Assembly (NCBI GenBank): GCA_964016885.1
Contig: OZ024741.1
Coordinates: forward strand, 362,886,001-362,950,000
DNA from: Eledone cirrhosa
Taxonomy: Eukaryota
Reading direction: 5' to 3'
Length of the DNA stretch: 64,000 nt
Within the stretch, counting starts at the first letter, position 1. Every line of letters begins with the position of its first letter. Positions 50,375-63,214 of the stretch are shown here, one piece after another. Position numbers and translations under genes: made by a program. The notes beneath the pieces were generated by a model that saw only the letters and a program-made list of their open reading frames with translations, was not told the origin of the DNA and searched no databases.

Positions 50375-50525
50375 CTGCTTTAGCTGTTGCTGATTCTGGA
50401 GACTTGATAGTATCTATGTCTTTAAAGGATTTCTCTGAAGCATTCTGGCCAGTTGACAGCAATGGTTCTCTCTTCTGTTGACTACTGGAAAGTTGCATTT
50501 CACACTGAAGCCAGCGTAGCTTGTT
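50375..50525 (-). CDS. unnamed coiled-coil gene exon
   Basis: aag|NKLRWLQCEMQLSSSQQKREPLL...ATAKA+G|gtttgt; phase 0->1. Confidence 0.65.
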
Positions 50526-51253
50526 CTTTACAAATAGATAAATGGTAAAGACAGACAAGTCAAGTATTGAATGTATACATATAAATATCAAGAACTATCA
50601 ACTTCTCCTATGTTGGTGTCATAGTAAAATGCATCCAGTGAACACTGTAAAGTGGTTGACAATTAAATGGAGACAATACAGGGTAGAGAGGATAGTTCAT
50701 TTTAACCAAGCATATGACAACCACTCTAATAGTAATACCACAATAAAGTGAACATAGTATATTCTGTAAAGTGGTGGTGGTACCATGCTAAAATGCACAC
50801 AGTAAGGTGGTTGGCATTAGGAAGAGCCTCCAGCTGCAGAAAACCATGTTAAATATGGAATATATGAGCAAAATAAGGTCTGGCAGACCTATCTAGTCTT
50901 GGACCATGACAACCTATTCAGTCCATCCCAATAGAGAAAGTGGATAGAAAATGATGATGATGAGTGGAAGACACTTATTGTGATCACTTTAGGTAAAAGC
51001 CGTTCTGATAACAACAATTTTCTGATGACAAACACAGAGTACGGGACTTACTGATTTTTATAACAATAATTGAATGATTGCATAATTTGTTATAATAAAC
51101 ACCTCTCACTGTATTTCTGAAATTCCATCTCTGCCCACATTTCATCCTTTAGACATCTATAAGGAATTTATTGCATTGACCAGACCAGACTGAGTAAATC
51201 TTCTAAAAGGAAACTTCACTCTTCCAACAGAAATGTGTGTATGTATGTATATA

Positions 51254-52240
51254 CAGGGTGCATCAGGTTTTGAGGATATTTGCATAAATTTAGAAAAAGA
51301 CTTATAGCACATCAAATAATGCTATATTTAGATACAAATTGGTACAAATATTATTTACAATACATTTATAATATCTAGTCAATGAATCCTCCATTAGCTT
51401 CAATGACTTCTTCAAAATGGGGTCTGAAGCATTGGCATGACGCAAATGACCTGTATCAATAAAGGACATTGTGCTGGTAATGGCGGACTTGAGAGATTCT
51501 AAAGTGCTGTGAGAGTGATGATTGACCTCTTTTTAAACTACACCCCATATGTAATAGTCCAGAGGATTGAGGTCTGGTGAAATAGACGGCCATGTGACTG
51601 GGAGAACGTGGTTATGGAGATTGTCACACATCCATGTTTGTGTCATTCTGGCCTTATGAGAGGGTGCAGTCTTGTTGGCAGATGAACAGTCTTCTGTTTC
51701 TTACTCTATCTATCCAGAGCTTTACAACAGTCTCCACCACTTATTTGTAGACAGCAGCATTGACCCTTAAGCCCCGAGGAAAAAAATGAGGAGGCATGAC
51801 ATCTTCCTTGTTGCTAACGATACCCAGAACCATCACAATCACTGGAAATTTGGTGTCTATGACCGTTGGAAACTCGTTTGGGTCTCTGCATAGCCATCTA
51901 TCATTCCTTTGGTTTACCTTTTGGTCCTGATCAAAGTTTTTCTCATCAGAAAAGAACCAAAGCATTCCAGCTTCTTGATGTTTTATCTTATTCAGTAAAC
52001 ACTTTGCATGGACCAAATGATTTTCTTTTGTCACATCCAACATAAACTGGTCTCTACGCATCACATATGATTTGTATCAGATGTCTTTATGGACAACTCT
52101 TCTGATGGAGCATTCTGAAACTTTAAGGTCCTTTGCAATGACTCTGATTGACTTTCTTGGGGTTTTATCAATTAATTTTTGAACTTTTTTTACACACTTA
52201 GGTGTTCTCATTGTATTAGGACCAGAAATTAAAGACACCC
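51254..52240 (-). mobile_element. Tc1/mariner (maT/DD37D-like) transposon relic, one end retained
   Basis: TA + CAGGGTG end; FFSDEKNF, SPDLNPLDYYIWG, IEANGGFID motifs. Confidence 0.82.
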
Positions 52241-52810
52241 ATGCAGTCCTTTCCCTATCAAACACAATACATCAGTGTTGCTTCTATAAATGTGGGCAGA
52301 TTGAAGAGTAGATCTAGTAAGATTGTGAAGATGCTAAAATAGAAGTATGTAGATGTGTACTGTGTACAAGAAGTAAAGTGGAGTGAAGCTTCACTCAGAT
52401 TCCTCAAAGGCAAGGAATATAGGTACAAGTTCTTCTGGGTAGGTAGCAGTGACTGTGTTGGAGGGGTATGAATACTACTGGTAGAGAATTGAGTGGTCAA
52501 GGTAATTGAGGTAGTCAAAGAATGTAATAGAATAATCAAACTCAGACTAAACTTGGACAATACAACAGCTACTATAATCTCTGCATACACTCCACAAGGA
52601 CCACTTTTTTAGGTCCTCTTACTTATTACATTAATGACAAATTATGGTCATCTTATTATTATGGCTGGTGACTTCAATGGATATGTTGGGAAACATCATG
52701 GTGGCTATCTTGGAGTCATAGAAGCCAAATAGATTATATCCTCACCAGGAATTGGGACTGACAATTGGTTATAAATGCCAAATCTTTCCCTGGTAACAAA
52801 TGTACCTAAC
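52240..52810 (+). mobile_element. degenerate RTE endonuclease fragment
   Basis: INVGRLK, CVQEVKW, ISAYTPQ, AGDFNG motifs with stops. Confidence 0.75.
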
Positions 52811-54069
52811 ATCAGGAACACAACACTCATTGTCGGAACCAACACACACACACACCAAGGAGAAAAAAAAACTTACTTTTATTTCAGCGACCCACAAATT
52901 TGGATCATCAAACTGGTGTGCTATAGACAGTGATGGTTCAGTCTGCAGAAGATAAGATATATATAATAAACAATAATAGACAATATAGAATTTCTAGTGT
53001 CTTCCATGTTTAAGAGAGTGGATTTTAGCTGAAGGAGATTTGGCTACTTTGAGTAGATTGAGTGATCACCTAAAGATTCCCCTCAATGGTTCATATTGCA
53101 AAAATAGATGACAAAGGTAAATAGAGTGATGTCATTTTACTAGGTAGCAGACTATAAGTCAGTAGTCCAATCATTTCATCCCCAACTATTTCCAATGAGT
53201 CACTCATCAATACATTATAACCATGGCTCAGACACACCATTAGGTATCTCTGTTTCTTCTGTCACTACTACAAAGACTTTTGTGCTTCTAAGCTAGCCAG
53301 CCCTATATTACATCTACTCAATCTTTCTTTATGTTGTAACCTTCCACTCTGTCTCATCTCTTCTCTCAATTCTCAGAACACTCTTTTAGAGGCTTCACCA
53401 TCTGAGTTGTTTCTATTTACAATTCTCTCCCTTGTTCCTATTTTTCCTACAGTCATTCAAACTGAATATTGACTCACAAGCTTAGAAGAGCTTACAAATA
53501 GTAATGGATACAGCCCCCTCTGCTTCTAATTAATACATAAAATAAAATACTAAGTCAGTTAGACAAGAAATAACAAAGGAATTTGCAATGGAGTGAATCT
53601 CTGCCAGTTTTGACAATAAGCATTCTAGTTGTTTGATCAACGAAACAGCCCATTTGTGAAAGTGACTAAGCATTCCACAAACATGTGCACCCCTAACGTC
53701 ATTCTTAAGGATATTCAGCATGACACAGTGTATGATAGATTTGTCCCTTTGAATTATGGGTACAATTCATCCAACAGGCTTCTAAGCAATTTCAGTCTAC
53801 CCATTTTCACTCCTACAGCTTGGGTCAACCCATGGCTAAGGAAAATGACATCGGCCCAAGAAGCCATTTACCATAGCCTTGGGTCCTTATGATTGCAAAG
53901 CAAACTTCTTAACCATCCAGTCATGTTGCATCCATAGAAATATAGACAAACAAAATTAATAAATATATGACATGTTCAAATGTTTTCAATAATTGACTAA
54001 CCAAATAACAACCACTATCACACACTCACAACAACAACAAAACCAAAAGTTTAGAAAGTTAACACAAAC

Positions 54070-54156
54070 CTTGAAGCTGTCTTGATAGGAGGCATTCTGT
54101 AGTTTCAGTGAATGTAGAACAGAGTCAACACTGGAGGATAAAGTTTTCAAGTAATC
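54070..54156 (-). CDS. unnamed coiled-coil gene exon
   Basis: accag|DYLKTLSSSVDSVLHSLKLQNASYQDSFK|gtttgt; phase 0->0. Confidence 0.7.
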
Positions 54157-55801
54157 CTGGTAAATATCACATTGAAAATGTTAAAATCAGTTAAATGAAA
54201 TTATTTCTTATTTCTGATATCATCATCATCATTTTAATGTCTGTTTTCAAAGATGACATGGATTGGATATGTTGTCACATTCTGAGAAAAGTCATGGTTG
54301 GATAATTATGTTATGCTCATAGATAATTATGTTATGCTCATAGATTCTATGGCTGAATGCCTTTACTAATGCCAACCACCTTAGAGAGAATCCTGTGTGC
54401 ATTTTATCATGACATCAGCAGTGTAATAATGTGTATATTGAATTTCTTAAGTTTGTATTATTACTTAAGTGTCAAATAACAAGTTGGCTAAGATGAACCT
54501 ACCATACCTTTCTAGTTTATTGGCTACAACAGGACCAAAATACAAAATGGGAGCAAGAAATGTATGAACATCACATCTCCATCATTTTCAGATTCGGGGC
54601 CAATGTCCATGGGACATTGAAATGTCAATGTGGCAAGCTCATTGATTCCAAGGGTCTTCATAGAAGACACTGATTAACACTTTAGCATTTAAACTGGCTG
54701 TAACCGACCGCTTATACTTATGTTAAGGCATTGTTCTCAAAATAAATATCAAAATTTCATAAATTTGATATTATGTGAGATATTATGTCAGAAAAAGCTT
54801 TAACTGCAAAAATATAATAGTATATATAGAGTAATATAAATACTAAAGAGTTAAAACTAATCATAAAATGGGCCCTAACCAGTCAATACCCCCTCAAATC
54901 TGGAGCCAGCCAGATTTTCAAGAGCCTTATCATTTGCCCTAGTGACTCTTTCATTTCTGCTCTCATCCTAGATGTGCATTGAATGTCTGGGGAGGAGGGA
55001 AGGGGTCATTACATTCCTAGCCAAACAGAATAAACTACAAAAATACCATGATTTTTAATAACAATGTTATTACAAAATAAATTAAAGGTGGATATAAGAG
55101 TATATATATGTATGATTTAAATGGCTCTAACTTTATGATGATGTAATTGTTTCAGTTTCAATACATCTCCTCAAGTCAAATACCTTGCTAAACATGTAGA
55201 ACTCTATAATACATACTACTATGTATGAATATCTATACCATGCTTGGAATAAAGAGAATTCTAATTTAAATTGTCATTTTTTTCATCTATTTTCTATGCT
55301 GGCATAAGTTGAACAGGTCATCACAGTCCGAGACAAGATATAAGTTCTATTTTGGGCTTAATTTCTACAGTTCGATGCTCTGTATTATGGTACCAGTAAT
55401 TCAAAGAGGCACCAATACTAAAGCTTGTTATGTCTGTAGCAGAGTGAGAAGCATCAGTAATAATGATGGGTAAGAGGGAAGAGACTCTGGATATACTGAA
55501 TATGTGTCTCCATGCTATATGAAGAGTAAAACAAATAAATATATATAATAAAATACTGTGTTTAGCATAGGCACACCATTTCTTTGTATTTTGTAAGAGA
55601 CGACTAAAGGAGTTGGTACGATGAAAAGCATCCAGCTGAAAATATTGCCTCAAAAAGGACCCTATGATGAATATGATTAAGGTTAACCCATCTTTAGCAG
55701 GGAAAATGGCTATAGTTCTACAATATAAAACTGTTTGTTTCAAAGTGTTTATCTTCATTTTAAAAAAAACCTTCCATCATAATCTTATGTAATAACATTT
55801 G

Positions 55802-56028
55802 TTAACCCTTTAGCATTTACATTACTTTATATATACTATTGTATTTTCTCTGTAAAGGCTTTATCTTACATAATATCTCACATAATATTGAATCTATGAG
55901 ATTTTGGTATTATTTATTTTGAGAACAATACCTTAACCTAAGTATGAGTGGCTAGTTACAGCCAGTTTGAACAGAAAGAGGTGAGGGAATTTTGGCCGTT
56001 GTGGCCGGCTTAAATGCTAAAGGGTTAA
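55802..56028. mobile_element. intact TTAA MITE (~225 bp) nested in an older TTAA MITE
   Basis: TTAACCCTTTAGCATTTA...TAAATGCTAAAGGGTTAA; flanks 55682-56165 match the older dispersed family. Confidence 0.8.
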
Positions 56029-56208
56029 TCTATGTTCCAAACACCAACTTAATAATGAGAAAGTTAGTTATATTCTAAATCCCTCCAAATTTTTGATTAT
56101 TTTCAAAATTATTTGAAAATTATAGGCTGTGGTTTTCATTATAAATATGGCAATAAAAGGGTTAAAGTGATTGCTGTTGTTGTTTATTTCTTTATTAAAA
56201 TTACTCAC

Positions 56209-56278
56209 CATTTCATTTTTCTCTATTTTCTTCATTTTGCTAAAGGCTTCATACAACTGTTCCTCTAAATCTCTAATT
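56209..56278 (-). CDS. unnamed coiled-coil gene exon
   Basis: ttccag|(R)IRDLEEQLYEAFSKMKKIEKNEM|gtgagt; phase 2->0. Confidence 0.72.
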
Positions 56279-56375
56279 CTGGAATAGAATTGAAACTCAA
56301 GTCAATGGATCAATGAAATATTATTATACTGAAAATTTGTTATAACGGAATTTTACCTGTATTAATATATATATA

Positions 56376-56937
56376 TATAATCAAAGAAAATGAAGAAAGA
56401 GAAGCAGACTGTTAAAATATACTTTATATGGAGCTCTTACACATGTTACGCCTAAGTTGGGCTCGTCAGAGGCTCAGAGGGAGGTAAAAGTTTTAATTAT
56501 GGACCCTGTATGGGTACGAATACAATGTTCACATCGAAATTCATATCGAGTGTTACAGAGTTAGTAAGCAACTAACTCTGTAACACTCGATATGAATTTC
56601 GATGTGAACATTGTATTCGTACCCATACAGGGTCCATAATTAAAACTTTTATCTCCCTCTGAGCCTCTGACGAGCCCAACTTGGGCGTAACATGTGTAAG
56701 AGCTCCATATAAAATATATTTTAATGGTCTGCTTCTCTTTCTTCATTTTCTTCGATTATAATTGCTCTGCTTATCTTCGCACATTAAATATTAATGCTTC
56801 TAATATTTAACCCCGTCTGTATAAGCACCGAACACTAAAGCACTTGCTGCTGGCAATTAATTATCTGTATCGTCTCCTCCTATGACGTTTCTTCTTTTCT
56901 TCTCTCTATATTCTTTCTCACGATACTATAACATTTT
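56376..56937 (+). mobile_element. fold-back element with 190-bp arms and single-copy tail, probable Penelope-like end, in (TA)n
   Basis: arms 56376-56565 and 56571-56760, loop AAGCA, tail to ~56937; hammerhead-like motif in each arm. Confidence 0.7.
56661..56705 (+). ncRNA. hammerhead-like ribozyme motif with GUAA core variant (mirror copy 56431-56475 on -)
   Basis: GAGCCU-CUGACGA-GCCCA(ACU)UGGGC-GUAAC-AUGU-GUA-AG(A)GCUC. Confidence 0.6.
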
Positions 56938-56956
56938 ATATATATATGTATATATA

Positions 56957-57640
56957 TCATCATCATCATCATCGTTTACGTCCATCTTCCACGCTAGCAT
57001 GGGTTAGACGGTTTTGTTCCATTTGATGCGTGAATGGTCAGGAGACCATACCTCGCTCACATGGAAGCAACTCCAGCAGGTTTTTTACAGCTGGATGCCC
57101 TTCCTAACACCAACCACATTTACAGTGTGGACTGGGAGCCTTTTCACCGTGTCTCCTACACGACCACCTTACAGTGTGGACTGTTGTGTCATCGACACAG
57201 TGGACAGAACGGGAGAGGGGGGATGGGGTAGAGGTGTGGGGGTGGGGTGCACATTGAGTTAAGAGGTGCCTACTGACTGTAGGCTTGTATGCAATGGCAG
57301 TCAGGTCTTCTGTACAACTGCATGGCGCCAAAAGTCTCAATCCAGTGTCATTGTCTTAGAGAGATGTAGGTGAGCAAGGTCAATTTTTATCACCTCGTCC
57401 CAGGTTTTTCTTGGTCTACCCACTCCGTAGCTTCCATCAATTTTCATTGCCCTGCATTTTTTTATACAGCTGTCATCCTTCGTACACATCACATGTCCAT
57501 ACCAACACAGTCTCTTCTCCAGAACACAACATTTGATAACTCTTATGCTTAGTCTCCCTCTTAATTCGTGTATGCTACGCCTTTCGCGTACATTACTATT
57601 ACACATCAGAGCATGCAAGCTTCATTTCTTTCTAATCTAC
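56957..57640 (-). mobile_element. RTE LINE 3' fragment with 3' UTR
   Basis: ORF 57337..57618 RLCWYGHV...GRPRKTW, tandem UTR units, (GAT)n tail. Confidence 0.85.
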
Positions 57641-58307
57641 ACAGTATAAATTCAGGATACCAAACTGCCTGCAACTACCCCTGGTTCTATTATGCTAAGG
57701 TGTTTATCATCATCATTATCATTTAACATCCATTTCCCCTGCTATTTATCTAAAAAAAAACGTTCATAGTTTTATGCAAGAACCTTTAAGTTATATTCTA
57801 AACACCAACTTGATATATATATATAAGTGGTCGTGTAGGTGTCACGACAAAAAAAGCACCCAGTCCACATTGTGAAGTGGTTATGTAGGTGTCATGACAA
57901 AAGCACCCAGTATACAGTGTAAATGTGGTTGGCATTAGGAAGGGCATCCAGCCGTAGAAACTAAGACAAAATCAGTCCAGTGCGAGAAAGACACAGTCAT
58001 CTGATCTGGCTTGACTCACATCTGGACAACTTGTCTAAGCCATGCTACCGAGGAAAAATGGACGTTAAACGGTGATGATGATGATGATGATGATGATATA
58101 TATGAGACACATATTTTTTCTTTGTTAATATCCTATAACTTAGCAATTTCAAAAAAGAGATTTATAAAATATGTATCAGATTTTGAAAAAATATCAAATA
58201 CTGGGGTTGATATGATTGACTAAATCCCTTCAAGGTGGTACCCCAGCATGTCCAGAGTCTTATGTGTGAAACCAGTAAAAGAGTAAAATGCATTATTGCC
58301 ACCTTAC

Positions 58308-58333
58308 CTGTTAATATCAGCTGCCAATAGTTC
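58308..58333 (-). CDS. unnamed coiled-coil gene, 26-nt micro-exon
   Basis: tttctcag|ELLAADIN+AG|gtaagg; phase 0->2 exactly bridges the flanking exons. Confidence 0.65.
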
Positions 58334-59049
58334 CTGAGAAATAAAGCAAATGTGGTAAATCAGACATTTATATAAATTACAGGTGTGTGTATTATTTTAC
58401 TGGAGCTGACTTACCTGGGAGGAGATGGAGGAGGCATGGTGAAAGAAGAGAGAAATATGTCATGAGTTGGTAGAGGATTAGATGCAAGCCAGTGAAAGAT
58501 GGCAATCCAGGGCTTGCAAGTCATTCCCTTAGGAAAGCCTATGGAAACCCAGGTATTGCAGGTGTGAGCAAGAGTAGAGCCACCATGACACCATGAACAA
58601 AATGGAAGCAGCAGAGAGAGCAACTAGATTACTATGGTTGAAGAGATGTGACTGGCAGGATTAGTAGAACCAAAACACCCAGTTTCATACAAGCAGTATA
58701 GAATTCTCTGTTCCAGAATTGCTATACTATGTAATTAACACTATATCATAGATTAGAATAAGGCAGATAGGTAGGTAAATAGGTAGGCTGATAGGTAGGT
58801 AGATAGATAGATGGATGGAATGTAGTACAATGTATACAATAAAATAGCATAGTACTGTCACATTGACCAACAGACAAATATAGATAAATACACTGTAGTA
58901 CAATATAGATTATATGTATTATCTGTATTACATGTTGTATGAGGCAATATGCCAGCATAGAAAAGTAGATGTAAATATGATGATGATGATATAATTTAAT
59001 TTTGAGTTCAAATCTTTTATAGAACTGCCTTACTATGTATTCATGAGTT

Positions 59050-59304
59050 ATTGAAGCATGGAACAAACTACCTGCATCAGTTGTTAGCTGCTGAGACATT
59101 GCATCCTTTAAAACCTCCATGCTTTCTGAAATTCGCCAACACTACACCTGATATCCCCCCTCTGTACACATGCACACATATATATCATGACTCATACACT
59201 GTTCAATTTCCTGACATTTGTACATTATTCTATGTACTATACATACACCTTTGATGAGTTGTAATGCACCTGAACACTGTACACAATATTTTCATTATCA
59301 TTAT
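59050..59304 (+). mobile_element. CR1 subfamily B 3' fragment
   Basis: EAWNKLPAS plus 3' UTR matching 42950-43204. Confidence 0.85.
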
Positions 59305-59342
59305 TTCATGATTTTTAATATTATAATAATATCATAATATTA

Positions 59343-59534
59343 TTTGTTTCTACTTTTGGCACAAGGCCAGTAATTATTCCAGTGCATTACTGGTACTTTA
59401 TTTTATCGACCCCGTAAGGATGAAAGGTAAAGTTAATCTTGGCAGGATTTGAACTCAGACCATAAAGGGACGTAATTCTATGCTGGAAATCTAGGCGTCC
59501 AACCCTCTACCGATACTGCCAATCCACCGCCCTT
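59343..59534 (-). mobile_element. second SINE family, near full-length copy
   Basis: head GGCGGTGGATTGGCAG...GAGTTCAAATCC, core CCTTTCATCCTTACGGGGTCGATAAAATAAAGTACC; other copies at ~4110-4228, 17831-17947, 27990-28210. Confidence 0.75.
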
Positions 59535-59642
59535 AATATCATATTATTAATATTCGTTTTGTTTGATTGTTTTCTCTCAGCTACCACTGGAACAAAAGGA
59601 TGAAGTTGTTCATCTACCACGTGGTGTTTTATGAGGCTGTTT

Positions 59643-62400
59643 AATAATAATGTAAATATTGTGTACAGTGCTCAGGTGCACTACAACTCATCAAAAGTGT
59701 ATGTACAGTACATAGGGTAATGTACAAACGTCAAGAAAATGAACAGTGCATGAGTCATGATATACACATGTGTGCATGTGTATGGAAGGGGGACATCAGG
59801 CGTAGTTTTGGCGAATTTCGGGAAGCATGAGGGTTTTAAAGGATGCAGTGTCTCGGCAGCTAACAACTGACGCAGGTAGTTTGTTCCATGCTTCAGCAAC
59901 TCTAAGCATGAAAAAATGTTTCCGAAAGTCATGGGAGCTGTGCTGTTTTCTGATTTTGTAGGCATGTCCACGTGTGTTAGACACATGGAGATAAAAAAGG
60001 TGCTCAGGGTTGTTGTTGGCGAGATGGTTAATAACTTTGTGCGTGTTTACCAAGTCCATTGCCAGACGTCGTAGCTTCAATGAATCCATGCCCAGAGAAG
60101 CAAGGCGTTCAGAGTATGGTAGGTGTTTGATGGAGGGTATGCGCTTGGTTGCACGTCTCTGAACAGTTTCCAGGAGGTCAATGTTCTGAGCAAAGTAGGG
60201 GCTCCAAACTGATGATGTGAATTCCAAGTGTGGTCGTACCATAGCTGTATACAGCTTTAAATAGATGGCTGGAGAGCGGCTAACAAAGGTCTTGCTGAGT
60301 GATGCCAAGACACCTTCGGCCTTCTTGACAATTTTAGAGATGTGCTTTGTCCAATGCAAATCGCTGCTGACAGTAATGCACAGGTCACGTTCACAAGAGG
60401 ACTTCTTGATATCAGTTAAAAAGATCATCCTTCACACCCATTGCAGAGAGTTTCGCCATAAGTCTTTTGTGTGGCACAGAATTAAAAGCTTCAGCGAAGT
60501 CAAGGTAAACAACATCCACCCATGAGCCACTGTCAGTGATCCGGGTAATGTCTTCAAGGAACTCGATAAGCTGATCACAGCAGCTGGAGTTAGGGATAAC
60601 AACAAATTGCAAGGGCCGGATGAGGCTGTGAGAGCTCCAGAAGTTCCAAAGTGTTTCTCACAGGATTCCATCAGTTTGGCAATACAGCTAGTAAGACTGA
60701 CTGGACGATAGTTGACAGGTGACGTGCAGTCGCTCTTTTTGAACAGGGGAATGACACTGGCAGTTTTCCACTGCTCCGGAGTAGCCCCATTGTTGAGACA
60801 GTATTGAAAGAAGAAAGAAAGCTGGTGCAAAAGGAAGTACCCGCTACGTTTGAGAAGCAGGTATGTAACACCATCAAGACCAGGGGAGGCATAGTTGCGC
60901 TTATTCTTAAGGCGATGTCGCAGCATTGCAGGTGTAAATTCCATAGTTGTTATGGAATTTGATGTTAGAGATGGTGGAGATGGTACATTCTGGTTTTCAA
61001 CAGTAAAAATGCTTGCATAGCACTCAGCAATGAGTTCTGCACATTCTTTGAGATCGTCAGTGATCTGGCTTGTGTGGGGATTGCGAAGGGGACCAACTGG
61101 AGAGTGAGGTCTCTGCTTTGAATGTACATATTTCCAGAACACCTTACTGTCAGGATTGGTTGCTATGCACTGTTCAAATTCAAGCACTGCTTTTTTTTGT
61201 CACTTGCTTGAGATGGTTGGAAAGATTTATTCCGCTTTTTTCTGTTGGCATCTGATTTATGCAGTTTATATTCCCATTCAGCAAGTCGGACTGCTGAAGT
61301 TTCCCAAATTGAACTTTTGGGGTGGGTTTTTTTCTGTCACGTGACACTGATGCTGCACACGCTATCCATATTGAGTCCAGGATGCTCTGGAGTATAGTGT
61401 TCACATCTCCAGAGTTATACATCTCATGCCAGTTTGGGCGCTGTAGCTCAGTGCAGTACAAGTTCCAATCTGCTTTCTTCCAATCAAAGCAAGCAGATTG
61501 GAGATGGTTCTGGTTTTTGTTGCTGCCCACAAGAGCCAGATTGGCAATGATCATAGCATGATCAGAGTCGCCTAGAGGTTCCTCAGTAGTACAACTGATA
61601 ACTACTTCAGGAGTAGTGGTGAAAAGCAGGTCCAAAGTGTTGTCACCTCTTGTTGGAGAGGTGACTACTTGTGACCAGTTTGAGTCCAGCACTAGCTCAA
61701 AGAAATCGTTTTCACTTTGTGGCCAACGAAAGATTTCCCAATCGATCTCAGGATGATTGACGTCACCTGGAATAAACACATAAGTGGCTGTTTTCCTGGC
61801 AGCAGCTCTGAGGATATTGCAAAGCTGTGTGTCCTGATGCTAGTTTGGGGGCGATAAACAACACCAAGCAGAAGTGTTGACATGGTCATACATATGTCAC
61901 AGAAAAAAATTTCTTGTGATTCGTTCGAATCAACACAAGGAATTACCGAAAAATTTGAATGAACGTAGACCATCACACCACCACCACGGCGATTAATGCG
62001 GTCCTTACGGAACAGGTTGTACCCAGTAATGCTGAAAACCCCATCACAGAGTAAGGAATGTGCCCATGTTTCCGTGACTGTGATGAAGTCAGGGTTGATG
62101 CTTCTGACATAGGAGTTAAACAGATGTATCTTGTTGCATAAACTGCAAGCATTTAAGGACAACAATTTGTACCCTGCTTGCAGTTTATGATGGTGTGTAG
62201 AGGATGGCAGGTTGTTCTGGTTTAGTTTCCCAGAGTTGTTGCAGTTTTTTCATTGCCAGTTATTGTAGGTAGAGCGCACTCAGACCAGCTAGTATCTCTC
62301 TTCCACGTTTCACCAGCCTTAACAAACCTCCAGATCTGCCCATCATCACGCAGACTAAAACTTTCATGTTGTGCTGAGTTCCGATTCAAGGAAGCTGCAG
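59643..62400 (-). mobile_element. degenerate CR1 LINE, subfamily B, retaining ORF1 end, APE and internally deleted RT
   Basis: ORFs 61692..62165, 61180..61779, 60432..61187, 59796..60428; deletion joins DDLFN to DIKKSS, removing YADD. Confidence 0.93.
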
Positions 62401-62551
62401 TTTACTTGTAAACAAACTGAATATTAATAATATCATTATAATATTATTATAATATTATTATTATTCATTCAGGAATACATTTAGGTATCCACCACATTAA
62501 GAGCGAAAACAAATTTTGTTTTTCCTTACTATGTAATTAATAAAAGCTCAC

Positions 62552-62618
62552 CTTAGACTTCAGATCTTCAAATGATTTTTCTAGTTTTTGTATTAATTTG
62601 GTATTTTCCTCTTCTAAC
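62552..62618 (-). CDS. unnamed coiled-coil protein gene, internal exon (gene starts beyond window)
   Basis: ttttag|G LEEENTKLIQKLEKSFEDLKSK|gtgagc; phase 2->0. Confidence 0.7.
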
Positions 62619-63177
62619 CTAAAAGGTAACAGAAATATAATGAGCTATATATAAAACAGTAGTTTTGTTGGCTGTACAGTTTATTGTATTCAACTTTCAG
62701 TTTTGTGAGAGAAGAGCAGGTCTGAAATTTGTATTTTCTGGCATGTTTACATGTCTACATATTAAATATATGTATATTTATATACACACTAGTGCAGTCT
62801 TGGCTACATACTCTATATGTATACAGATATATCGTACACTTTTGCTGTTGGTGCACTCCTTAATATACAATTGAATATATTACCAACATGAGTGCTAATT
62901 ATATGCAAATTAATATGTCTATTCCAGAATAATACTAAAAGCAAATGAGTATATAAGTTCATCAAATACATGTTTCCTTGTGGTTGATTGGATGATATAC
63001 ACATCTGATGAGGACCCTTTTAAGTTAAAAAATCGATTAAATGTGTTTATCATATTTTCAATTTACAGGGAAATTCATATTTTATGATATAACTTTATTG
63101 TACACTTCAGCTACTGGTGCACTCATCATCATTATCGTTATCATTTTTATGTCCACTTTTCCAAGCTTGCATAGGTT

Positions 63178-63212
<35 letters not shown>

Positions 63213-63214
<2 letters not shown>

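Noticed and set aside
54301-54345. 21-bp tandem duplication
   Set aside because: Simple slippage inside a decayed repeat.
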